Shown piece by piece: positions 19,767-29,026 of a stretch of 32,000 nucleotides of DNA. The position numbers were made by a program, and so were the translations under genes. The number at the start of each line of letters is the position of its first letter. The stretch's first letter is position 1. This DNA comes from Candidatus Methylomirabilis oxygeniifera (GTDB lineage Bacteria > Methylomirabilota > Methylomirabilia > Methylomirabilales > Methylomirabilaceae), in NCBI GenBank assembly GCA_000091165.1, contig FP565575.1, positions 480,001 to 512,000 of the forward strand. The letters are read 5' to 3'. The notes under the pieces are model-generated. The model had not been told where the DNA came from. It saw only the letters and a list, made by a program, of their open reading frames with translations, and searched no databases.

Positions 19767-20132
19767 ATGATTATGCAAGGCAGGCGAGCCGATCGAGTCG
19801 GCACTTTGATACAGGAAGAGATCAGTCGCTTAATTTTACAGTCGGTGAAGGATCCGAGGGTTCGTTGCGCTACGGTCACCCGTGTGCGGGTCAGCGACGA
19901 TTTGCAACACGCGAAGGTCTATATCGCCTCAATGGGAGGCGACAAGGAACGGTGCCAGGAGGCGCTGATCGGTTTAAAGAGCGCAGCCGGCTTTCTCCGG
20001 GGGGAATTGGGGCGCCGGTTGTGCCTGCGCTACATCCCGGAGCTGCTCTTTTCGCTTGATGATTCGTTGGAGCAGGAGTTGCACCTCGCTGAGCTGTTTC
20101 GGCAGATCGAAGCGACCGAGACCAGGGAGTAA
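19767..20132 (+). CDS. rbfA: Ribosome-binding factor A
   Basis: RADRVGTLIQEEISRLILQSVKDPRVRCATVTRVRVSDDLQHAKVYIASMG...LRLRYIPEL-type region. Confidence 0.96.
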   Translation: MIMQGRRADRVGTLIQEEISRLILQSVKDPRVRCATVTRVRVSDDLQHAKVYIASMGGDKERCQEALIGLKSAAGFLRGELGRRLCLRYIPELLFSLDDSLEQELHLAELFRQIEATETRE

Positions 20133-21010
20133 TGACAATGGCGAGTCGTATCGATCTACACCTGCATACCAAGGCCTCAGATGGCGCGCTTCAGCCGGCG
20201 GAACTGGTGAAGGCCGCAGACCGCATTGGGATCCGCGTGATGGCCGTGACCGACCACGACAGCGTGAATGGAATCGCCGAGGCGCAGGAAGCCGCTTCCG
20301 ATCTGGCAATCGAGGTAATGTCCGGGATCGAGTTGAGTGCGAGTCTGGACGGCGACGAGATCCATATCCTGGGCTATCTGCTCGACGCGGACGATCCATC
20401 CTTACAAAAGGCCCTCCGTCGACTACAGGAGGACAGACTCGTTCAGGCCCGGGCTATGGTCGAGCGGTTGGGCGCACTCGGGTATCCGGTCGAGTGGGAC
20501 CGCGTATTGGCTATTGCCAATGGCGGATCGGTCGGACGGCCGCATATCGCGATGGCCCTCGTGGAGCGCGGCGGCGTCGCATCGGTGGATGAGGCGTTCT
20601 CGCGTTTTCTGAGACGAGGGGGCCCCGCCTATGTCGAGGGCTCGAAGGTCTTCCCGTACGAGGCGGTCAGCCTGATCAGGGAGGCTCATGGCGTGCCCTC
20701 ACTGGCGCACCCGATCATTGTGGGGGCCGGCGATTACCATCTGGATCTTGAGCGGCTGTTGCCGATGATGAAGGAGTCGGGCCTGGAGGGGATCGAGACC
20801 TACTATAAGGGGTATACCCCGGAGATTACAACGTCTCTGCTGGCGGTTGCCGAGCGGCATCGGCTTATACCCACCGGTGGGAGCGATTTTCACGGCGGCG
20901 GCGTAGTTGCCGATGCGGAGTTGGGAGGGGTAGAGGTACCCTGGCAGACTGTCGAGCGGCTGTGGGCCAGAAAACGAGCGTCGGGCGCCGCACCGATCAT
21001 CTCCGGGTAA
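20132..21010 (+). CDS. PHP-domain phosphoesterase (TrpH/YciV-like)
   Basis: RIDLHLHTKASDGALQP...VMAVTDHDSVNGIAEA...GIELSA...PSLAHPI...GGSDFHGGG metal-binding motifs. Confidence 0.93.
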   Translation: MTMASRIDLHLHTKASDGALQPAELVKAADRIGIRVMAVTDHDSVNGIAEAQEAASDLAIEVMSGIELSASLDGDEIHILGYLLDADDPSLQKALRRLQEDRLVQARAMVERLGALGYPVEWDRVLAIANGGSVGRPHIAMALVERGGVASVDEAFSRFLRRGGPAYVEGSKVFPYEAVSLIREAHGVPSLAHPIIVGAGDYHLDLERLLPMMKESGLEGIETYYKGYTPEITTSLLAVAERHRLIPTGGSDFHGGGVVADAELGGVEVPWQTVERLWARKRASGAAPIISG

Positions 21011-21026
21011 ACTTCAGGTATATCGT

Positions 21027-21968
21027 ATGGAACTCAGCGGAGTCTTGAATATTAATAAGCCTGGGGGGATGACCTCCCATGATGTGGTGGACGTGGTGCG
21101 GCGTCTACTGAAGATGCGCCGTATCGGGCATACCGGTACGCTCGATCCGAGGGCGACCGGCGTGCTGCCGCTCTGCGTCGGACGGGCGACCCGAATCGCA
21201 CAGTTTCTGACTCAGGCCGACAAAGAGTACCTGATCACCATGCAACTGGGCATCACAACTGATACTTTGGATGCTGACGGGAAGGTGTTGTCCAGGACGG
21301 ATCATATTGATGTAGACCCCGCCAGACTGCGAGAGGTTCTGGAGAGTTTTGTCGGAGAGATTCAGCAGGTACCGCCCCTGTTTTCCGCGAAGAAGCATCA
21401 CGGGGAGCGACTCTATCGTCTGGCTCGCCGCGGTGAAACGGTCGAACGACAGCCGGTTGCGATTCGAATCTATGACCTGACACTGCTGGAGTGTGACCTG
21501 CCCTTCGTCCGGTTCCGGGTGAGTTGTTCCAAGGGGACATATGCCCGCACGCTGTGCGATGATGTCGGTCGAGTCCTCGGCTGCGGCGCGCACCTGTATG
21601 CGTTGACTCGCGTTCGGTCCGGCCGTTTCCTGATTGAGGATGCGCTGACGCTGGAGCAACTGGAGCAGGCCGTTGTGGAGGACCGCATCCGGGACGTACT
21701 GATCCCCATCGGGGAGGCGCTGGGGCACCTCCCGGTTGTCAGGATCCATCCGGAGTCCTCTCGAGGCGTTGTCCAGGGGGGCGGGATGGCGGCCGGAACG
21801 TTGCTCAGTTTTCCCATGGAGGTGGAGAAGGGGGACCTTGTCAGGGTTCTGGGATATCGGCGCCAGCTTCTTTCGTTGGCGGAGGCGACGGTTGCCGGTC
21901 GAGAATTCTCCACAGTCGATCCGCGCCGGATTGTCTTAAAACCGGTACGGGTCCTCGCCGGGCAATGA
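21027..21968 (+). CDS. truB: tRNA pseudouridine(55) synthase
   Basis: SGVLNINKPGGMTSHDVVDVVRRLLKMRRIGHTGTLDPRATGVLPLCVGRATRI. Confidence 0.98.
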   Translation: MELSGVLNINKPGGMTSHDVVDVVRRLLKMRRIGHTGTLDPRATGVLPLCVGRATRIAQFLTQADKEYLITMQLGITTDTLDADGKVLSRTDHIDVDPARLREVLESFVGEIQQVPPLFSAKKHHGERLYRLARRGETVERQPVAIRIYDLTLLECDLPFVRFRVSCSKGTYARTLCDDVGRVLGCGAHLYALTRVRSGRFLIEDALTLEQLEQAVVEDRIRDVLIPIGEALGHLPVVRIHPESSRGVVQGGGMAAGTLLSFPMEVEKGDLVRVLGYRRQLLSLAEATVAGREFSTVDPRRIVLKPVRVLAGQ

Positions 21969-22972
21969 TCGTTATCGAACAGATTGAAGATCTGGAACAA
22001 GGATATCCCTTTCCTGCAGTGGCAGTCGGGACATTCGACGGGGTCCATCTCGGACATCGTGAGATCCTGGGTCGCGTCGTGCGGCGCGCTCACCAGGAGG
22101 AAGGAACGGCGGTTGTCTTTACCTTCTCGCGACATCCCCTGGAAGTGGTGAATCCTTCAAAGGCGCCGCCTCTCTTGACCCCACTGCCGATCAAACAGGA
22201 CATCATGGCTGCGCTTGGCGTCGATCTGATGATTGCCGTCGGCTTTACTCCTTCTCTGGCGGCTACCGCGCCACGCGATTTCGTCAACACCTACATGGTC
22301 GATCGACTTCAGGCGCGGTTCGTCTGTATCGGATACGACTTTGCCTTTGGGCAGGCCAGGGCCGGTTCACCGGAACTGCTCAGGGCGCTTGGCGAGGAGC
22401 ATCAGTTCGAGCTTGACGTGGTGCCCGCAATGACGGCGGACGGCCAGGTGGTTAGTTCTACTCGGATCCGCGGCCTCCTTGCGAGGGGCGAGTTGCGCGA
22501 GGCGACCCGTTGTTTGGGGCGGCCATATGCCGTTATGGGACAAGTCGAACGGGGCGCCGAACGAGGCAGGTGGCTGGGATACCCGACAGCCAATCTCGCC
22601 GCGACCGGCGACTTAATTGTTCCGGATGGCGTCTACGCCGGCATGGTATGGTTGAAGCAGAGGTTGCAGAAGGCGCTGATCAATGTTGGGAGGGCGCCGA
22701 CCTTTGGCGGTGAGGTCCGGCGAGTGGAGGTTCACGTGCTGGAAGCTGACGAGGGAGAATTGTACGGGGAGATGCTCACGCTCCTGTTCCTTGAACGCTT
22801 GCGGGACGAGCGACGCTTTGATGACCCGTCGTTACTCCGACGGCAGATCGACTACGACAAACGGCAGGCGGATGAGATTTTTACCGCCTTCCCGCAGTAT
22901 TCTGCGGAAGAATGGGCTTTACTCCCCGAGGGGCCTGTGCTATCGTACTCGCGGTTTCGGGTACCTATTTAA
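21965..22972 (+). CDS. ribF: Bifunctional riboflavin kinase / FAD synthetase
   Basis: [20 protein letters not shown]...[12 protein letters not shown]...[14 protein letters not shown]...[27 protein letters not shown]...PDGVYAG. Confidence 0.97.
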   Translation: MIVIEQIEDLEQGYPFPAVAVGTFDGVHLGHREILGRVVRRAHQEEGTAVVFTFSRHPLEVVNPSKAPPLLTPLPIKQDIMAALGVDLMIAVGFTPSLAATAPRDFVNTYMVDRLQARFVCIGYDFAFGQARAGSPELLRALGEEHQFELDVVPAMTADGQVVSSTRIRGLLARGELREATRCLGRPYAVMGQVERGAERGRWLGYPTANLAATGDLIVPDGVYAGMVWLKQRLQKALINVGRAPTFGGEVRRVEVHVLEADEGELYGEMLTLLFLERLRDERRFDDPSLLRRQIDYDKRQADEIFTAFPQYSAEEWALLPEGPVLSYSRFRVPI

Positions 22973-22994
22973 GACGAAAGGAGGATACGGCTTC

Positions 22995-23264
22995 GTGGGC
23001 AAGGCGTCTACAAATAAGCAGGAAATCATTGGGCAGTATCGGCTACATGACAGCGACTCCGGTTCCCCGGATGTGCAGATCGCGCTCCTGACCGGACGAA
23101 TCGGCTATCTGACCGAGCATTTGAACGGCCACAAGAAAGACTTCCACTCCAGGCGAGGGCTGCTCCGCCTTGTCGCGCGGCGTCGGAAGCTCCTGGACTA
23201 CCTGAGGAGTAAAGACGCGAACAGGTATAAACAGATTATCGAAAGGTTGGGAATCCGTAAATGA
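22995..23264 (+). CDS. rpsO: 30S ribosomal protein S15 (GTG start at 22995; the track ORF from 22683 is an upstream extension)
   Basis: [89 protein letters not shown], 89 aa. Confidence 0.97.
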   Translation: MGKASTNKQEIIGQYRLHDSDSGSPDVQIALLTGRIGYLTEHLNGHKKDFHSRRGLLRLVARRRKLLDYLRSKDANRYKQIIERLGIRK

Positions 23265-25348
23265 GCAGTCGGGTCGAGCGGATCATCGAAGGGAAACCAT
23301 TAAGTATCGAGGCGGGGCGTGTAGCCAGGCAGGCCGATGGCGCCGTGTTGGTTCGGTACGGCGATACCGTTGTGCTGGTTACAGTGGTGGCTTCGAAACA
23401 GATGCGGCAGGGGATCGATTTCTTTCCGCTGACTGTTGATTATCAGGAACGGGCCTACGCTGCAGGCAAAATCCCTGGCGGTTTTTTCAAGCGGGAGGGC
23501 AAGCCTCATGATAAGGAGACCTTGACCTCCCGCCTGATCGATCGCCCACTCCGTCCCCTTTTCCCGGATGGCTACCGGAACGATGTCCAGATTATTGCCA
23601 CAGTCCTGTCTGCGGACCAGCAGAACGACCCCGACGTGCTGGCGGTATTGGGCGCCTCCGCCGCTCTGACCATTGCGCCTATTCCGTTCCTTGGACCGAT
23701 CGGCGCGGTCCGGGTGGGCCGGGTGGAGGGCAAGCTGCTCCTCAATCCCACCTATGCCCAGATGGAAGGATCAGACATCGATATGGTCGTCGCAGGGACC
23801 CGAAGCGCGGTTGTGATGCTTGAGGCCGGCGCCAACGAGATCCCTGAGGACGTCATGTTTGAGGCGATCGAATTCGGCCATAAGGGCATTCAGCCTATGA
23901 TTGACATGGTGTCGGAACTGGCTCAAGCGCTCCGGGTTGAAAAGGTGCCCTTCCAGGTGTCGCCGCCGGATCCACAGTTGCGTGATCGCGTAAGCGCGCT
24001 GGCCCGCCAGGGACTTCGGGCGCTGGCTGGGATTGCCGAAAAGGAGGAGCATCGCAGCCATCGGCAGCAGCTCTTCGATGAGGTCATGGCCGCGTTCAGC
24101 GATGAGCCGGACGACCGCAAGGGCGTCGTCAGGGGGCTGTTCGAAGCGATCGAGCACGACGAGCTGCGCCGAATGATCCTGGAGGAGGGGAGGCGTGCGG
24201 ATGGGCGATCGCTCGAGGATGTCCGGCCGATCACGGCCGAGGTCGGGGTCCTGCCAAGGACTCACGGATCGGCCCTCTTCACCAGGGGTCAGACCCAGGC
24301 GCTCGTGACGACGACGCTCGGTACCTCCGAAGATGAGCAGCGTCTGGATGATCTCGAGGGGGAGGGTACCAAGCGGTTCATGCTTCATTACAACTTTCCA
24401 CCGTTCAGTGTGGGCGAGGTCAGATTCATGCGTGGTCCGGGTCGGCGCGAAATCGGGCATGGGGCACTTGCCGAGCGGGCCCTTTTGGCGGCGTTGCCGC
24501 CGAAGGAAGAGTTTTCGTATACTCTTCGGATCGTGTCGGATATCCTCGAATCGAATGGTTCGTCGTCTATGGCCACGGTGTGCGGAGCTAGTCTCAGCCT
24601 GATGGATGCCGGGGTGCCGATTCGATCGGCGGTGGCCGGGGTGGCGATGGGGCTCGTTGTGGAGGATGAGCGGGCGGCGATACTCACCGATATTATCGGA
24701 CTCGAGGATCACCTTGGCGACATGGACTTCAAGGTGGCCGGTACCCGGAAAGGGATTACGGCGCTGCAACTGGATATCAAGACCCAAGGGATCGCGCCGA
24801 GTCTCATGCCGAAGGCGCTGGGTCAGGCCAGGCGCGCCCGCCTTCACATCTTGGATCAGATGGACCGCGCCCTTACAGAGCCGAGATCCAACATCTCGGT
24901 GTATGCCCCGCGTATCATCACGATAATGATCCCCGTGGATAAAATTCGTGATGTCATCGGCCCGGGCGGCAAGGTGATCCGTGGGATTGTTGCGGACTCC
25001 GGGGCGAAGATCGATGTCTCGGACGACGGACGGATCGAGATCGCGTCGGTCGATGGAGAGGCGGCGCAGAAGGCGTTGTCGATTATCAGTAAGATCGTCG
25101 AGGTTCCCGAGGTAGGCAAGATCTATCAGGGGAAGGTCGTCAAGATTATGGATTTCGGCGCCTTCGTTCAGATTCTTCCCGGCACCGATGGCCTGCTGCA
25201 TATCTCTCAGATTTCCGAACAGCGGGTAAAAAGGGTCGAGGATGTCTTGTCGGAAGGGGAAGAGATCATGGTAAAGGTGATCGATGTCGACAAGAATGGG
25301 AAGATCCGGTTGAGTCGGAAAGAGGTGTCGCAGGCTGAGGCGCAGTAG
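23261..25348 (+). CDS. pnp: Polyribonucleotide nucleotidyltransferase (PNPase)
   Basis: [43 protein letters not shown]...[18 protein letters not shown]-like region...DFKVAGT...KH and S1 domains ([11 protein letters not shown]; [29 protein letters not shown]). Confidence 0.98.
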   Translation: MSSRVERIIEGKPLSIEAGRVARQADGAVLVRYGDTVVLVTVVASKQMRQGIDFFPLTVDYQERAYAAGKIPGGFFKREGKPHDKETLTSRLIDRPLRPLFPDGYRNDVQIIATVLSADQQNDPDVLAVLGASAALTIAPIPFLGPIGAVRVGRVEGKLLLNPTYAQMEGSDIDMVVAGTRSAVVMLEAGANEIPEDVMFEAIEFGHKGIQPMIDMVSELAQALRVEKVPFQVSPPDPQLRDRVSALARQGLRALAGIAEKEEHRSHRQQLFDEVMAAFSDEPDDRKGVVRGLFEAIEHDELRRMILEEGRRADGRSLEDVRPITAEVGVLPRTHGSALFTRGQTQALVTTTLGTSEDEQRLDDLEGEGTKRFMLHYNFPPFSVGEVRFMRGPGRREIGHGALAERALLAALPPKEEFSYTLRIVSDILESNGSSSMATVCGASLSLMDAGVPIRSAVAGVAMGLVVEDERAAILTDIIGLEDHLGDMDFKVAGTRKGITALQLDIKTQGIAPSLMPKALGQARRARLHILDQMDRALTEPRSNISVYAPRIITIMIPVDKIRDVIGPGGKVIRGIVADSGAKIDVSDDGRIEIASVDGEAAQKALSIISKIVEVPEVGKIYQGKVVKIMDFGAFVQILPGTDGLLHISQISEQRVKRVEDVLSEGEEIMVKVIDVDKNGKIRLSRKEVSQAEAQ

Positions 25349-25363
25349 AGGTCATCCTGAATC

Positions 25364-26617
25364 ATGAGCCGCCTCTCCTTTCATCGCGAAGTGTTACCGA
25401 ACGGGGTAGTCGTGCTCAGCGAACAGATGCCTGCCGTCAAGTCGGCCACGATCGGCGTCTGGGTACGGGTCGGATCGCGGGACGAGGCGGGAGAAGTCGC
25501 CGGCGTCTCGCACTTTATCGAGCATATGCTCTTCAAGGGGACCCAGCGGCGGAGCGCGCAGGAGATTGCCAGGACGGTTGACGCCGTCGGCGGAACGCTC
25601 GACGCCTTCACGAGCCGCGAGACCACCTGTTTCTATGCCAAGGTCCTTGGTGAGCACCTGCCTCTGGCCGTTGATATTCTGGCTGATACCTTTCTCCACT
25701 CCAATCTGGACACCAAAGATATTGAGCGGGAGCAGGAGGTGGTACTTCAGGAGATCAAGATGGTGGAAGATACCCCCGATGATCTGGTCCATGACCTCTT
25801 TGCGGAGGCGATCTGGAGCGATCATCCGGTGGCCAGACCGATCCTTGGACGCAAGGAAACGGTGCGCGCCTTTACGCAAGACGACGTCCGCCGTCACATG
25901 GATCGCTTCTACCGCCCTGATCGGACCGTGGTGGCGGCAGCTGGCGATCTGGAGCACGGGCGGCTGGTAGAGTTGGTGACGCAGGCCTTCAACGGTTTTG
26001 AAGGCCGATCCGTTCACGCCGACGTTCCACCGCCAAGCTGTACGGCAGCGGTCAGAGTAGAGGAGCGCGATACGGCTCAGCTCCACCTGTGCCTCGGCAT
26101 GGATGGCCTGCCGCATGCGCACAAGGATCGCTATGCCCTCTACCTGTTAAACGCCATGCTGGGCGGCAGCATGAGCTCCCGGCTCTTTCAGGAGGTTCGC
26201 GAAAAACGAGGTCTGGTCTATTCGATCTACTCCTACCAGGCCTCATATCGTGATTGTGGTCTGCTGGTTATTTACGCCGGAACCAATCCGGAGTCGTCAG
26301 GCCAGGTTGTGGAGCTGATTCGGGCTGAGTGCGCCAGTCTGCGGAATCAACCGGTCGATCCCAGTGATCTCCAACGGGCGAAGGATCAGCTTAAAGGCAA
26401 TCTGCTCCTTGGCCTCGAGGGGACCAGCAGTCGGATGACTCGCATGGCCAAGACAGAGATCTATTTCGAGGGGACCTATGGTCTCGATGAAATCATCGCC
26501 GGGATCGATTCGGTATCCGTCGATCAATTTGAGTCGCTGGCCAGAAGGATCCTGCGCGACGAGACGTTCGCCATTACCACTATCGGCCCTGTTGCCCAGG
26601 CGGCCCTGCTCTCTTAA
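25364..26617 (+). CDS. M16 family zinc peptidase (processing peptidase-like)
   Basis: VRVGSRDEAGEVAGVSHFIEHMLFKGTQRRSAQEIARTVDAVGGTLDAFTSRETTCFYAKVL (HxxEH motif); commonly follows pnp. Confidence 0.95.
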   Translation: MSRLSFHREVLPNGVVVLSEQMPAVKSATIGVWVRVGSRDEAGEVAGVSHFIEHMLFKGTQRRSAQEIARTVDAVGGTLDAFTSRETTCFYAKVLGEHLPLAVDILADTFLHSNLDTKDIEREQEVVLQEIKMVEDTPDDLVHDLFAEAIWSDHPVARPILGRKETVRAFTQDDVRRHMDRFYRPDRTVVAAAGDLEHGRLVELVTQAFNGFEGRSVHADVPPPSCTAAVRVEERDTAQLHLCLGMDGLPHAHKDRYALYLLNAMLGGSMSSRLFQEVREKRGLVYSIYSYQASYRDCGLLVIYAGTNPESSGQVVELIRAECASLRNQPVDPSDLQRAKDQLKGNLLLGLEGTSSRMTRMAKTEIYFEGTYGLDEIIAGIDSVSVDQFESLARRILRDETFAITTIGPVAQAALLS

Positions 26618-26622
26618 ACATA

Positions 26623-26694
26623 GGGTGTAGGGTTCAGGGTGTAAGAGCCAAAAATTAACCGCAATTACTAATCACTAACCACTAACCACTGACT
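26623..26694. repeat. Paired heptamer arrays (M16 peptidase-purB spacer)
   Basis: Left gggtgta|gggttca|gggtgta (26623-26643); right actaatc|actaacc|actaacc|actgact (26667-26694). Confidence 0.8.
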
Positions 26695-26697
26695 CCG

Positions 26698-27990
26698 ATG
26701 ATCCCTCGTTATACCCTCCCCCGGATGGCATCCGTGTGGGAACCACAGAATCGCTATGCTGCCTGGCTCAAGATCGAGCTGTTGGCCTGCGAGGCGTGGG
26801 CCGAACTGGGTACGGTTCCGCGCGAGGCGTTGACCGTGATCCAGGCGCGGGCCGCCTTCGACCTTAACCGCATCCAGGAGATCGAGCGGGAAGTTCGCCA
26901 CGATGTTATCGCCTTTGTGTCTGCCGTGGCGGAGCGGGTCGGTCCGGAGGCGCGCTACCTGCATTTCGGGCTGACGTCCTATGATGTCGTGGACACGGCC
27001 TTGGCCGTACAACTGCAACAGGCCGCCGACATTCTGCTGGAAGATTTAGCAGCGCTCTTGCTGACCATCTCCGACCTTGCCAGACGCCACAAGCGTACGA
27101 TGATGATCGGGCGGACGCATGGGATCCATGCCGAGCCCACAACGTTCGGCTTAAAGCTGGCGCTCTGGTATTGCGAGGTAGAGCGTAATATCGACCGCCT
27201 CCGCCGGGCCAGAGAGACCGTTGCGTACGGCAAGCTTTCCGGCGCTGTCGGGACGTTCGCCCATCTCCCACTGTTTGTGGAGCAGTTTGTCTGCGCCAGG
27301 CTCGGGTTAAAGCCGGCGCCGATTTCCAGCCAGATTCTCTCCAGAGATCGACACGCCGAATTCCTGCTGACGCTTGCGCTGATCGGGACCTCGCTCGATA
27401 AGTTCGCGACCGAGATCCGGCACCTGCAGCGGACCGAGGTGCGTGAGGTTGAGGAACCGTTTGTCGAAGGCCAGAAGGGATCATCGGCCATGCCTCACAA
27501 GCGGAACCCGGTCGCCTGTGAGCAGGTCTCCGGGTTGGCGAGGCTGCTGAGAAGTTACGCCCAGTCGAGCCTGGAGAACGTACCGCTATGGCACGAGCGC
27601 GATATCAGCCACTCATCCGTAGAACGGGTGATTCTGCCCGATGCGACCATCCTGCTTGACTATCTGCTGGTCCGGTTCCGGGAGGTGTTGGAGGGTCTTC
27701 GGGTCTATCCGGATCGGATGCGTCACAACCTGGAGCTGACCGGAGGGCTGGTCTTTTCTGAGGCGGTGTTGCTGGCGCTGGTAGGTAAAGGGCTAACTCG
27801 GGAAGAAGGTTATCGGCTGGTGCAGCGACACGCCATGCAGGCGTGGGAGTCGGGTCAACCGTTCAAACCGCTTTTGCTGGCCGATCCGGAGATTTGCCGA
27901 CATCTCTCGCCTGACGAGGTTGAAGGCTGCTTTGATCTGGGCTATCATCTGCGGCATCTGGATGACATCTTCGCTCGCGTAGGTCTCTAA
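26698..27990 (+). CDS. purB: Adenylosuccinate lyase
   Basis: IPRYTLPRMASVWEPQNRYAAWLKIELLACEAWAELG...HFGLTSYDVVDTA...GRTHGIHAEPTTFGLKL...GSSAMPHKRNPVACEQVSGLARLLR. Confidence 0.98.
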   Translation: MIPRYTLPRMASVWEPQNRYAAWLKIELLACEAWAELGTVPREALTVIQARAAFDLNRIQEIEREVRHDVIAFVSAVAERVGPEARYLHFGLTSYDVVDTALAVQLQQAADILLEDLAALLLTISDLARRHKRTMMIGRTHGIHAEPTTFGLKLALWYCEVERNIDRLRRARETVAYGKLSGAVGTFAHLPLFVEQFVCARLGLKPAPISSQILSRDRHAEFLLTLALIGTSLDKFATEIRHLQRTEVREVEEPFVEGQKGSSAMPHKRNPVACEQVSGLARLLRSYAQSSLENVPLWHERDISHSSVERVILPDATILLDYLLVRFREVLEGLRVYPDRMRHNLELTGGLVFSEAVLLALVGKGLTREEGYRLVQRHAMQAWESGQPFKPLLLADPEICRHLSPDEVEGCFDLGYHLRHLDDIFARVGL

Positions 27991-28008
27991 CGACGTCAGA
28001 CGGTACTG

Positions 28009-28045
28009 CTCAACACTGAACACTCAACACACTGAACACTCAAAA
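28009..28045 (+). repeat. Heptamer array abutting the purS start codon
   Basis: ctcaaca|ctgaaca|ctcaaca|(ca)|ctgaaca|ctcaaaa|ATG. Confidence 0.85.
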
Positions 28046-28300
28046 ATGTTGACCGCGAAGATCTATGTGACCTTGAAGCCGGATGTCCTTGACGCCCAGG
28101 GGGATACCGTACGATCGGCCCTCGAGACGCTGGGGTTTCAGGGGCTGACGGACGTACGGGTCGGAAAGTTCATGGTGCTGACGCTGAACAGTCCCACGAA
28201 GGAGCAGGCTGCGGCGCAGGTCGATGAGATGTGCAAGCGGCTGCTCGCCAACCCGGTGATTGAAAACTACCGCTTCGAGGTAGAGGGAACCGCGGGATGA
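28046..28300 (+). CDS. purS: Phosphoribosylformylglycinamidine synthase subunit PurS
   Basis: MLTAKIYVTLKPDVLDAQGDTVRSALETLGFQGLTDVRVGKFMVLTLNS...MCKRLLANPVIENYRFEVE. Confidence 0.97.
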   Translation: MLTAKIYVTLKPDVLDAQGDTVRSALETLGFQGLTDVRVGKFMVLTLNSPTKEQAAAQVDEMCKRLLANPVIENYRFEVEGTAG

Positions 28301-29019
28301 AGTTCGGCATCGTTGTGTTTCCAGGCTCCTGGAGCCACCAGGACTTTCACCATGTCATTGTGAAGATCCTGAAGGAGGAGGCCTGCTACCTCTGGCATAA
28401 GGAGGCTGATCTTCACGGTGTCGATTGCGTGATCCTCCCCGGCGGATTCGCCCATGGCGACTATCTGCGGTCCGGCGCGATCGCGCGACTGTCCCCTGTC
28501 ATGCGGGCGGTGGCGGCCTTTGCGGATGCCGGCGGCCTGATCCTCGGGAGTTGCAACGGGTTTCAGATCCTGACTGAGGCAGGCCTGCTACCGGGCGCGC
28601 TGTTACCGAACGACTGCTTACATTACCGATGCCGATGGGTCCACCTGAGGACGGAGAGCCGCCGGACCCCCTTCACAACCGCCATGCAGCCAGGACAGGT
28701 GGTACGGATGCCGATTTCGCATGGTGACGGGCGATACTATATCGACCAGACCGGCTGGAAAAAGTTGATAGAGGGCGACCAGATCATCTTTCGCTATTGT
28801 GATGCCAAGGGGACGCTCGCAAAGGACGCGAACCCGAACGGGTCGTTTGATCATATCGCCGGTATCTGCAACGAGCGTCGCAATGTTCTTGGATTGATGC
28901 CGCATCCGGAGCGGGCCGCCGAGTCTATCCTGGGTTCCCAGGACGGTTACCTGATGTTTGCGTCGATCCTTGACAGCTTCATCCGTTCCCCGCTGACGGC
29001 ATGCGGGGACAGAGCCTGA
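28297..29019 (+). CDS. purQ: Phosphoribosylformylglycinamidine synthase subunit PurQ (glutaminase)
   Basis: [20 protein letters not shown]...[23 protein letters not shown]...[19 protein letters not shown]...MPHPERAAE. Confidence 0.98.
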   Translation: MKFGIVVFPGSWSHQDFHHVIVKILKEEACYLWHKEADLHGVDCVILPGGFAHGDYLRSGAIARLSPVMRAVAAFADAGGLILGSCNGFQILTEAGLLPGALLPNDCLHYRCRWVHLRTESRRTPFTTAMQPGQVVRMPISHGDGRYYIDQTGWKKLIEGDQIIFRYCDAKGTLAKDANPNGSFDHIAGICNERRNVLGLMPHPERAAESILGSQDGYLMFASILDSFIRSPLTACGDRA

Positions 29020-29026
29020 GGCGTAC

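Noticed and set aside
22683-22994. N-terminal 104-codon extension of rpsO in the ORF track
   Set aside because: Overlaps ribF out of frame; S15 homology begins at GTG 22995.
23771-25201. 476-aa minus-strand ORF antisense to pnp
   Set aside because: Composition and repeats mirror the codon pattern of the pnp sense strand; no recognisable domain; pnp is unambiguous.
3001-28045. Heptamer arrays considered as CRISPR or attC/integron arrays
   Set aside because: Units are only 7 nt with no spacers, no cas genes, no integrase, and each locus has a different unit.
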